Origin: Ramlibacter sp. | GTDB taxonomy: Bacteria > Pseudomonadota > Gammaproteobacteria > Burkholderiales > Burkholderiaceae_C | Reading direction: 5' to 3' | DNA: 64,000 bases | NCBI RefSeq assembly: GCF_035655895.1 | Contig: NZ_DASRTN010000008.1 | Span: forward strand, 333,536-397,535 | Shown: one piece after another, positions 17,995 through 26,180 of the stretch | Position numbering within the stretch: position 1 is the stretch's first letter | Layout of the letters: every line of letters begins with the position of its first letter | Position numbers and translations under genes: made by a program | The notes under the pieces: model-generated | Told to the model about the DNA's origin: nothing | Database searches by the model: none | The model's input: only the letters and a program-made list of their open reading frames with translations

Positions 17995-20513
17995 GCGGGA
18001 GCGTCCACCGGCACGCCGGTGCTCAGGTTGAGGGCGTGAAGGCTGCCGGCCAGCGCCGCGCCCGGCTTGCTCCGGCGCAGGCGCAGCTCGCGGCTCTCGC
18101 CGGGCGCCAGATGGAAGTGGTCGTCGTCGGGCAGCCAGCCCGGCACATCGAGGTGGACGTCGATCGCCCATTGCCGGCAGGCGACGGCGAGCACGGCCTC
18201 GTCGTCGCCGTGCAGGGACAGCCGCGCGGTCAGGCCGATGTCCGCCGCGGGGCGTGCTGCCAGCAGCGGCGCGAGCCCGATCGGGAAGTGGAGGGCGCGG
18301 GCCAGCTCGCCGCCCTGGGCATCGAGCAGGCGCACCCGGACCAGCTCGCAGGCCGGCGGGCCGAACCGCCAGGCGTGGTTCAGGTCCAGGAAGTGCTCGA
18401 GCAGCTCCGCCAGCGCCACGCTGCAGCCCGTGCGCGGCGCGAGGTCGAGGGGGCGCCGGCCACTGGCGACCAGCACCTGGCCGTCACGCCACGCGCTCAG
18501 CTCCAGGCTGGCGGCATGGGCGTGCGGCGTCTCGTTGACGACGTGCGCCACCAGCCCGTCGCCGCCTTCGTCGGTGACCAGCACCGCGAGCGGCTGCAGC
18601 ACGCGCCGCAACGCCTGCCACGACGCCTTCGGCTGGCCCGTGTCGTCGAGCACACCCCAGCCGGCGCCGGCCCACAGGTCGCGCAGCAGGAGCAGCAGGG
18701 CGCCGTCGCAGGACGATCCCGGCCGCCGCCACTCGCTGTAGGCGGCCGCCATCACCTCGGCCGTCGCCAGCCGGCCGAACGCCAGGTAGCGGTCGTGGTC
18801 CGAGTGGCGCAGCCGGGCCGGATCGACGCCGAACAGTTCGCGCACGTAGTGGTCGCGCACGTCGTCGAAGTCCCAGCCGGCGCCCAGGTCGCGCGGCGAA
18901 CGCTGCTTCCAGGCCGGGTGGTGCACGCGGGTGGCCAGGCCCCCCGGCAGCCGTTCCAGCGCCGACGGCGAGGGGATGTTGGCGAAGGCCAGGCATTCCG
19001 TGGCGAAGCGCAGTCCGCTGCGCCGCGCGTCGTCGAGCCCGCGCTCGTAGGCCCCCACGCCGTAGTAGGAGGTCGTGCCGGCGCCGGCCTGGTGCGGGAA
19101 TGCGCCGCCGTGTGCGCTGGACGGCCAGTAGACGGCCTCCGGCGCGAGTTGCCCGCACAGCGCCGGCAGCACCTGATGGAAGAACGCCGGCTGCCAGGTG
19201 TCGCGCGGCGCTCCCCACATCGCCGCCTGCTGCTCGACCTCGCTGTTGCCGCACAGGACCGCCACGCTCGGATGCGGCGCCAGGCGCTGCAGCTGCTGGC
19301 GCGCCTCGGCCACCGCACCCGCGGCGAAGCCCTCCTCGCCGAACGGATAGTCCATGTTCGCGAACATGAAGTCCTGCCAGACGAGCAGCCCGAGCGCGTC
19401 GCAGGCCCGGTAGAAGTGGTCTTCCTCGTACACCAGCGTGCCGGCCAGGCGCAGCATGTTCATGCCGGCGTCGCGCACCTGGCGCAGGGCCGACTCGCAG
19501 GCCTGCGGCGTGGAGCGCAGGCTCACCACGTCCAGCGGCGTCCAGCCGGCGCCGCGGCAGAACACCGGCGCGCCGTTGACGCGCAACTGGAAGCCGCCGC
19601 GGCTGCGGTCCACCTCGATCCGGCGAAACCCGACCGACCCCAGCGGCAGCTCCTGCCGCGTGCCGTCGCGTGCGACGAGTCGCAGGCCCGCGCGGTACAG
19701 CGCCGCCTCGCCGTGCGTGTGCGGCCACCACAGGGCCGGTTGCGCGACCTCGACGATGGCCACCGCCTCGTGCGCCGTCGCGCCGCGCACGAGGGTTTGC
19801 GCATGGCAGCGGCCCTCGGGCGCGTGCAGCACCAGCTCCGCCGATTCGAGGTCGCGCGACCAGGAGGTCGGCGGTCGCAGCCGGAGTTCGCACCGCCCGC
19901 GTCCGTCCACCAGCGACGCGCGCAGCGAGGGCTGCAGGGCCGCCCCGTCGCTCCACCAGATCCCGCGCCAGGGGCCAACGGGTGCCGCCGGAGGCGACCA
20001 CCCAGGCGTGCGGCCCAGGAGTGTTGTGCGCTGCCAGCGCAGCTGCTGGTGCGCCACCATGGGGGTGCGCCAGCGAGGACGCGGCCGGCGGCGATCGAGC
20101 TCCGGCGCGAGGGCGGCAAACCGCAGCAGGAGCTCGTTGTCGCGTTCGTTCAGCAGGTCGGCGACCGCCGCCTCGTGGGCCACGAACATGTTGTCGGACC
20201 ACAGCAGCGGCCGCCCGTTCAACCAGACCTGGGCGCGCGTGGCCAGTCCGTCGAAGCCGAGCCGGGCGGCGGCGACGCCGGGCCGGTCGAACCGCGCGCG
20301 GAACCACCAGTCCTGGGCGTCGAAGTCGCGCGGCGGCGCGTCCAGCGACCACTGGCCGAGTTCACGCAGGGCGGCGGCCACGGTCTGGGCGCACGAACTC
20401 GCCTGCCATCCGTCCTGCGGCGCCGCCTCCGTGCCGCCGGGTTCGGCCCCGCAGAACTCCCAGCGCGCCGCGAGCGGCTGCCGCGCCGGGAGGGCGGGAT
20501 GCGCCTCGCCCAT
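17991..20513 (-). CDS. glycoside hydrolase family 2, beta-mannosidase-like
   Basis: FQLRVNGAPVFCRGAGW, GMNMLRLAG, GLLVWQDFMFA, HPSVAVLCGNSE (acid/base Glu), RFATE (nucleophile Glu); no signal peptide seen. Confidence 0.9.
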   Translation of the reverse strand: MGEAHPALPARQPLAARWEFCGAEPGGTEAAPQDGWQASSCAQTVAAALRELGQWSLDAPPRDFDAQDWWFRARFDRPGVAAARLGFDGLATRAQVWLNGRPLLWSDNMFVAHEAAVADLLNERDNELLLRFAALAPELDRRRPRPRWRTPMVAHQQLRWQRTTLLGRTPGWSPPAAPVGPWRGIWWSDGAALQPSLRASLVDGRGRCELRLRPPTSWSRDLESAELVLHAPEGRCHAQTLVRGATAHEAVAIVEVAQPALWWPHTHGEAALYRAGLRLVARDGTRQELPLGSVGFRRIEVDRSRGGFQLRVNGAPVFCRGAGWTPLDVVSLRSTPQACESALRQVRDAGMNMLRLAGTLVYEEDHFYRACDALGLLVWQDFMFANMDYPFGEEGFAAGAVAEARQQLQRLAPHPSVAVLCGNSEVEQQAAMWGAPRDTWQPAFFHQVLPALCGQLAPEAVYWPSSAHGGAFPHQAGAGTTSYYGVGAYERGLDDARRSGLRFATECLAFANIPSPSALERLPGGLATRVHHPAWKQRSPRDLGAGWDFDDVRDHYVRELFGVDPARLRHSDHDRYLAFGRLATAEVMAAAYSEWRRPGSSCDGALLLLLRDLWAGAGWGVLDDTGQPKASWQALRRVLQPLAVLVTDEGGDGLVAHVVNETPHAHAASLELSAWRDGQVLVASGRRPLDLAPRTGCSVALAELLEHFLDLNHAWRFGPPACELVRVRLLDAQGGELARALHFPIGLAPLLAARPAADIGLTARLSLHGDDEAVLAVACRQWAIDVHLDVPGWLPDDDHFHLAPGESRELRLRRSKPGAALAGSLHALNLSTGVPVDAPA

Positions 20514-20520
20514 CGGGATC

Positions 20521-20778
20521 TCAGCCGGCGATGAGTTCGCGCAGCGCCCGCTCGATCGACGCGATGCTGCGGAAGACGTTCCGCTTGAGCATGTGGTCGG
20601 GGAACTCGACTTCGAACTCGCCTTCCAGCGCCAGCATGACGTTCACGCTGGCGTGCGAGGTCATCCCGGACTGGTACAGATCGTCGTCGTTGGACAGCTT
20701 GTCGACGTCGACACCAAGGCGAGCATGGTCGCGCAGGATGCGGCGGATCGCGGTTTCAGCATGAAGCAGGGTCGTCAT
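20521..20778 (-). CDS. acyl/aminoacyl carrier protein
   Basis: 85 aa; DDDLYQSGMTSHASV with the phosphopantetheine Ser; LEGEFEVEFPD. Confidence 0.92.
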   Translation of the reverse strand: MTTLLHAETAIRRILRDHARLGVDVDKLSNDDDLYQSGMTSHASVNVMLALEGEFEVEFPDHMLKRNVFRSIASIERALRELIAG

Positions 20779-20793
20779 GCATGGGAATTTTGA

Positions 20794-21210
20794 TCAGCGC
20801 CCTAGCTCGTCCCTGTCGGACAGCGCCGCAACCACGGCCGCAGCGTAGTCGCCGTCATGGCTCAAACAGACTATGCAGCGCGCAATGCCTGCCGCGCGCG
20901 CCGCCTGCGCCGCGACACCATGCAGCACCAGCTCGCAGCTGCCGTCCGCGTGCCGTCGCACTTCCATCTCGCGCCAGTTCACGCCGGCCTCGCTCAGGCC
21001 CACTGCCTTGATGGTCGCTTCCTTCGCCGCGAAGCGGGCTGCCAGCCGTTGTGCGTGCTGGTCCGGTGCGCTGCGTGAATAGGCGATCTCGCCCGGCGCG
21101 AACAGCCTGCCTTCGAACCGCTCGCCGAACGCGCGCAGCGATTCGGCGATGCGCGGGATGTGCACGATGTCGATGCCGAGTCGGACGACGCCCGACAGGT
21201 CTGAAGGCAT
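20794..21210 (-). CDS. acpS: holo-[acyl-carrier-protein] synthase (AcpS-type PPTase)
   Basis: LGIDIVHIPRI, LAARFAAKEATIKA, CLSHDGDYAAAVV. Confidence 0.9.
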   Translation of the reverse strand: MPSDLSGVVRLGIDIVHIPRIAESLRAFGERFEGRLFAPGEIAYSRSAPDQHAQRLAARFAAKEATIKAVGLSEAGVNWREMEVRRHADGSCELVLHGVAAQAARAAGIARCIVCLSHDGDYAAAVVAALSDRDELGR

Positions 21211-21333
21211 TCCGCCCGTGAGAGATTCGATGAGTTGGTGGCTGTGCAAATTGCCCATTCGATCGCCCCACGAGCGTGCAACGCGGTGCTATTGTCCTTC
21301 GCACATTCTCATGCATGGGAGACCAAGGCAGTC

Positions 21334-22506
21334 ATGGAATCTCACTCTGCACCGGCGTTCGCCGAGCTCATCGAAGCTGTGCGCAAGGTGGCCACGGAAG
21401 TTGCATCGGCGCACGCCGCCGACGTCGACGCGAAGGCACGCTTTCCCATCGAGACGCTGGCCGCCTTGCGCGAGGTCGGCGTGCTCGCGGCGGCCGTCCC
21501 GCGAGCGCTCGGCGGCCCCGGCTGCAACGTGCAGGAGCTCGCGCAGATCTGTTCCACGCTGGCGCAGGCCTGTGGGTCCAGCGCGATGGTGCTGGCGATG
21601 CACTACATCCAGCTGGCCTGCCTGGCGCGCCACGGAATGCACAGCGCGTTCTTCCGCGGCTACCTGAAGGACCTGGTGCGCCGGCAGGACCTGCTGGCCT
21701 CGATGACGTCCGAGGTCGGCACGTTCGGCGACACGCGCTCGAGCATCTGCGCGGTGCGCCGCAGCGACGGCCGCTTCCAGCTCGACAAGGATGCGACCAC
21801 CGGCTCCTACTGCGCCCACGCCGACGCCATCCTCGTGACCTGCCGGCGCGACGAGGACGCGGCCCGCAGCGACCAGGTGCTGGTGCTCGTGCGGCGCGAG
21901 GACTGCACCCTCACCCAGACCACCAGCTGGGACACGATGGGCATGCGCGGCACCTGCAGCCCCGGCTTCAAGCTGGCCTCCAGCGGACGCGAGGAGCAGA
22001 TCCTCCCTGGTGCCTTCGCGGACAGCTCGGCCCAGACCATGGTGCCGTACTCGCACATCCTGTGGGCCTCGCTGTGGTGGGGCATCGCCGCGGGCGCCGT
22101 GGCCCGCGCCGCCAGCTTCGTGCGCGGCCAGGCCCGCCAGACACCCGGCAGCGTGCCGCCCACCGCCGCGCGCCTGGCGCAACTTCAGGTGCAGTTGCAG
22201 GCGGCCAGGCAGAACTGGCTCGGTGCCGCGCGCGATTTCGACGCGGTGGCGGAGGACCGCGACGAGCTGATGGGCATGGGCTGGGCCCTGCGACTGAACA
22301 ACCTGAAGATCGCCGCGTCGGAGGCCACGCCCCAGATCGTGCACGGCGCGCTGCAGATCGTCGGCATCCTGGGCTACAAGAACGACAGCCCGTTCAGCCT
22401 GGGCCGCCATTACCGCGACGCCCTGTCGGGCTCGCTGATGATTTCCAACGAGCGCATCGCCGCCAAGAACGCATCGATGCTGCTGGTCTACAAGGACGCC
22501 GCCTGA
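21334..22506 (+). CDS. acyl-CoA dehydrogenase family protein (probably acts on carrier-bound substrate)
   Basis: AADVDAKARFPIETL, SMTSE, WDTMGMRGTCS, ALQIVGILGY; coupled to the ligase gene by TGATG overlap. Confidence 0.88.
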   Translation: MESHSAPAFAELIEAVRKVATEVASAHAADVDAKARFPIETLAALREVGVLAAAVPRALGGPGCNVQELAQICSTLAQACGSSAMVLAMHYIQLACLARHGMHSAFFRGYLKDLVRRQDLLASMTSEVGTFGDTRSSICAVRRSDGRFQLDKDATTGSYCAHADAILVTCRRDEDAARSDQVLVLVRREDCTLTQTTSWDTMGMRGTCSPGFKLASSGREEQILPGAFADSSAQTMVPYSHILWASLWWGIAAGAVARAASFVRGQARQTPGSVPPTAARLAQLQVQLQAARQNWLGAARDFDAVAEDRDELMGMGWALRLNNLKIAASEATPQIVHGALQIVGILGYKNDSPFSLGRHYRDALSGSLMISNERIAAKNASMLLVYKDAA

Positions 22507-23420
22507 TGGACACCCGCACCTACGACATCGACAGTTTCTCCGCGAGCCTGGTCGAGCACGGCCTGATCGTGCCCACCGGCATCCGCGGTGCCTACGGGCG
22601 GGGCCCGGCCTTCGAGGACATCCTGCGCCGCTTCGACGACCTGGTCACGCGCACCGCGGCCCCGGACGGCGCCCGCGAGCTGATGTTCCCGCCGATCCTG
22701 GCCCGCGCCATGATCGAGAAGGTCGGCTACATGGACAACTTCCCGCAGCTCGCGGGCTCCATCCACAGCTTCACGGGCACCGACGCGCAGGCCCGCGAGC
22801 TCTCGGCCAGGGTGCACGCCGGCGAGCGCTGGGAGGACATGCTCGCGCCCACCGACGTGATGCTCACGCCGGCGGCGTGCTATCCGGTGTATCCGACCTT
22901 CAGCGGCACCCTGCCGGAGGGCGGGCGGCTGGTCACGGTGATGAACTGGGTGTTCCGCCACGAGCCGTCGGACGAACCGACCCGGCTGCAGCACTTCCGC
23001 ATGCGCGAGTACATCCGGGTCGGCCGCCCCGACGACGTGGTGGCCTGGCGCGACGCCTGGCTGCAGCGTGGCCTGCGGCTGCTCGAGGGCCTGGGCCTGC
23101 CGGTGCAGAGCGACGTGGCGTCCGATCCGTTCTTCGGGCGCGCCGGCAAGATGATGGCCGCCAACCAGGTCGACCAGCGCCTGAAGTTCGAGATCCTGTG
23201 CCCGGTGATCTCGCGCGAGAAACCCACCGCGATCTGTTCGTTCAACTGGCACCAGGACCACTTCAGCTCCAAGTTCGGCATCCGCAACGCCGACCAGACG
23301 GCGGCGCACACTGCCTGCCTGGGCTTCGGGCTGGAGCGGGTGACGCTGGCCCTGATCAAGGCGCACGGCTTCGATCCGGCTGACTGGCCGCAGAAGGTGC
23401 GCGCCCAGCTGTGGCCCTGA
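22506..23420 (+). CDS. amino acid:[carrier protein] ligase (class II aaRS / atypical SerRS homologue lacking the tRNA-binding domain)
   Basis: 304 aa; class II motif 2 FRHEPSDEPTRLQHFRMREY and motif 3 HTACLGFGLER; candidate Zn ligands in PAACY, MREY and HTAC. Confidence 0.9.
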   Translation: MDTRTYDIDSFSASLVEHGLIVPTGIRGAYGRGPAFEDILRRFDDLVTRTAAPDGARELMFPPILARAMIEKVGYMDNFPQLAGSIHSFTGTDAQARELSARVHAGERWEDMLAPTDVMLTPAACYPVYPTFSGTLPEGGRLVTVMNWVFRHEPSDEPTRLQHFRMREYIRVGRPDDVVAWRDAWLQRGLRLLEGLGLPVQSDVASDPFFGRAGKMMAANQVDQRLKFEILCPVISREKPTAICSFNWHQDHFSSKFGIRNADQTAAHTACLGFGLERVTLALIKAHGFDPADWPQKVRAQLWP

Positions 23421-23445
23421 CCACGCCCGCCATCGGACCCCTGCC

Positions 23446-24438
23446 ATGAGCACCATCGCCGTCCTGCCCGGGCTGACCCCCGAGAGCTACCGCCGGCACC
23501 CGCTGCACGGCGACAGCGCCGCGTGGCCCGAGAAGAACTGCTACGCCGACCTCTGGATCGGCTTCCTGCACACGCTCGGCCTGGAGCCGCTCGCGATGCT
23601 GGCGTTCACGGTGGCCGTCGATTTCGAGGGCGACCAGTGGACGTTCTTCAAGCCGCCGCTGGACGAACTGCGCGCGCTGTTCGGCGTCGACGTGCAGGAG
23701 CTCACCGTCTGGCGGCCGCTGGTCGAGCACGCGAAGGAACACCTCGCGGCCGGCAAGTTGATCAGCACCGAGTCCGACGCGTTCTGGCTTCCCGACACGG
23801 CGGGCACCGACTACCGGCGCAGCCACACCAAGACAACCATCCTCCTGGCCGACCTCGACCTGCAGCGCGAGCGCCTGGGCTACTTCCACAACGCCGGGTA
23901 CTACGAGCTGGCAGGGGAGGACTTCCGCCAGCTGTTCCGGCTCGATGCCGGCCCGGACCCGGCCTTCCTGCCGCTGTTCGCGGAGGTGGTGCGCATCGAC
24001 CGCATCGTGCGCCGGTCGTCGTCGGACCTGTCGGACATCTCGTTCGAGCTGCTGCGCAAGCACTTCGCCTGGCGGCCGCGCAGCAATCCGTTCTCGCGCT
24101 TCGCCGCCCGGATGCTGCAGGACCTGCCGGCACTGCAGGAGCGGGGACTCGCGCACTACCACCAGTGGGCGTTCGCCTCCATCCGCCAGGCCGGCGCCGC
24201 CTTCGAGCTGCTGGCGGCCCATCTGCGGTGGCTCGCCACCCAGGGCTATCCGGAGGTGGGCGAGTCGGCCCAGCGCTTCGAGGCGATCGGCCAGGCGAAC
24301 AAGACACTGATCCTCAAGGGCGCCCGGGCGGTGAACTCGGGCAGGGCTCTGAACGCCGACGACCTGCTGCAGGCCATGGCGGCCGACTGGGAGCGCGGCA
24401 TGGCACTGCTCGGTCCGCTGCTGGCCGAGCCGTGCTGA
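23446..24438 (+). CDS. DUF1839-like protein
   Basis: EKNCYADLW, DFEGDQWTFFKP, DAFWLPDTAGTDY, LGYFHNAGYY; I recall this family as the usual neighbour of aa:CP ligases. Confidence 0.75.
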   Translation: MSTIAVLPGLTPESYRRHPLHGDSAAWPEKNCYADLWIGFLHTLGLEPLAMLAFTVAVDFEGDQWTFFKPPLDELRALFGVDVQELTVWRPLVEHAKEHLAAGKLISTESDAFWLPDTAGTDYRRSHTKTTILLADLDLQRERLGYFHNAGYYELAGEDFRQLFRLDAGPDPAFLPLFAEVVRIDRIVRRSSSDLSDISFELLRKHFAWRPRSNPFSRFAARMLQDLPALQERGLAHYHQWAFASIRQAGAAFELLAAHLRWLATQGYPEVGESAQRFEAIGQANKTLILKGARAVNSGRALNADDLLQAMAADWERGMALLGPLLAEPC

Positions 24439-24459
24439 GCGCCCGGCGGGACGCCGGGG

Positions 24460-26145
24460 TCAGAACGACCAGCCGGCCTGCAGCAGCAGGCGGCCGCGCG
24501 AGGCCTCTTCGCTGCGCGCCTCCTGGCCCTGCAGCCGGTAGGCCCACCAGGCCTTGACGGTCAGCCCCTGCGGGTGCGCGGCCGACCAGCCGAGGCCGAC
24601 GTCGCTCAACGTGCGCGACGGATCGGACTTCACCGCGCGGGCGGTGGCGACATTGGTGAACGCCAGCCATTGCTGCTGGAAGCCGCCCACGACCGGCAGT
24701 GGCCGGCCCAGCTCCAGCCGCAGCGCCGTGGCATCGCTGCCACTGAGTTCGCCGGGCGGATAGGCCATCACGCCACCGGCACCCGCCACCGACAGGCGCT
24801 CGCTGGAATCGAGGTTCTTGCCGCCCAGTGCGGTCTGGTGGCGCAGGCCCGCCGTCAGCGTGAACTGGTGCGGCAGCATGGTCAGCCGCGACAGCGACAG
24901 GTTCAGCTTGCTGAAACGGCCATCGGTGTCGGGCCCGCCGGCGGCCTGGTCGAACTGCAGGGCGGTCTCGCTGCGGATGTCCAGCACACCTGCGGTCAGC
25001 GTGGCGCTGGCCTGCGTGAGGCCTTCGCGGCCCAGCAGCTTGCGGTCGTCACGCAGGCCCAGCGTGGCGCTCAGCGCGTCGGAGCGCTTGGGCGTCACGG
25101 TCGACGTGCTGCGGATCTCGTCGCGCAGGTCCTTGTGCGACAGGGCCAGGCCGGCCTCCACGGTCTGCGCCTCGGTGCGCTTGACGGGGTAGCTCAGGGC
25201 CAGGTCCACCGCGTCGGCACGCCCCACCACGCCTAGCGGCGCGAACACGCCGGCCAGCTCGTAGGTCGTGCGCGACACGGCGGCCTCGCCGCGCAGGCCG
25301 TTCGGTGCCAGGCTCGCCGAGTAGGCCAGGCGGCCGTTCAGCAGGTCGCCCGACCGGGTGGCGAGACCCGAAGCCGACAGCCGGTCGCCGCGTCCGCTGG
25401 GGGAGTTCCAGTCCCAGCGCGCGCTCAGGCGCTCGCGGCCGGTGTAGCGCGAGCCGTGGTTGTCGACCAGCACGTAGCCGGTGTGGCGGCGGGTGGCGGC
25501 CGTCTCCACGGCGAAGTCCGAGGTGCCGACTGCCTGGCCTGGCATCACGTCGGCGCGGACGACGCGCACCCCGGGCGTGTCGTTGATGATGAGCATGGCG
25601 CGCTCGAGCGTGTCGGTCGAGACGATGTCGAACTTCTTCACGTCGTCGAGCATCGCCTGCACGATGTCGTCCGCCACCAGCGAGCCGTTCTTCAGGACGA
25701 AGCGGCCGTAGTTGCCTTCGACCGCGCGCAGCGTCACCACGCCGTCCTTGATCTCCTGCTGCGGCACGTAGACGCGTGCGACGAAGTAGCCGCGTGCGCG
25801 GTAGAAGCGGGTCAGGCGCGTGGCGACCTCCTCGATCTGCGCCAGCGTCAGCGGCTTGCCGGCGGCGCCGGCAATCTCCGCCTGCAGGCTGGCAGTGTCG
25901 ATCTCGCGGTTGCCCACGAGCTCGAAGCGCTGGACGGCGATCTCGCGGCCGCCGCGCGGCAGGGCCGCCATCGGCGGCTCGGTCGGCTTGCCGCCCAGCG
26001 CGGGCAGCGGTGCGGCGGGGCGGCTGGGCAGCGGCTGCGGCAGCTGCTGCAGCACGGTGCCGGCGTCGGGCACGGCCTGCGCGTGCGCCAGCTGGAAGGC
26101 CGACAGCACGGCCAGCGAGAGGGTGGTTCTTCGGACGAGGGACAT
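24460..26145 (-). CDS. two-partner secretion transporter TpsB (ShlB/FhaC/HecB family)
   Basis: Signal peptide (AHA-QAVPDAG), POTRA region (YRARGYFVARVYVPQQ), DNHGSRYTGRERL, C-terminal barrel strand LLLQAGWSF. Confidence 0.92.
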   Translation of the reverse strand: MSLVRRTTLSLAVLSAFQLAHAQAVPDAGTVLQQLPQPLPSRPAAPLPALGGKPTEPPMAALPRGGREIAVQRFELVGNREIDTASLQAEIAGAAGKPLTLAQIEEVATRLTRFYRARGYFVARVYVPQQEIKDGVVTLRAVEGNYGRFVLKNGSLVADDIVQAMLDDVKKFDIVSTDTLERAMLIINDTPGVRVVRADVMPGQAVGTSDFAVETAATRRHTGYVLVDNHGSRYTGRERLSARWDWNSPSGRGDRLSASGLATRSGDLLNGRLAYSASLAPNGLRGEAAVSRTTYELAGVFAPLGVVGRADAVDLALSYPVKRTEAQTVEAGLALSHKDLRDEIRSTSTVTPKRSDALSATLGLRDDRKLLGREGLTQASATLTAGVLDIRSETALQFDQAAGGPDTDGRFSKLNLSLSRLTMLPHQFTLTAGLRHQTALGGKNLDSSERLSVAGAGGVMAYPPGELSGSDATALRLELGRPLPVVGGFQQQWLAFTNVATARAVKSDPSRTLSDVGLGWSAAHPQGLTVKAWWAYRLQGQEARSEEASRGRLLLQAGWSF

Positions 26146-26180
26146 GGGGATTCGGAAAGGTTCGGGACTGCCGGGGCGCA

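Noticed and set aside
21238-21256. TGGC...TTGC as a sigma54 promoter for the carrier-protein cluster
   Set aside because: GG-to-GC spacing is 11 nt rather than the strict 10 nt.
21334-23420. Ligase as a housekeeping seryl-tRNA synthetase and ACAD as a beta-oxidation enzyme
   Set aside because: The ligase is only 304 aa and lacks the N-terminal tRNA-binding arm; both genes are coupled with an ACP/PPTase cluster and no beta-oxidation genes.
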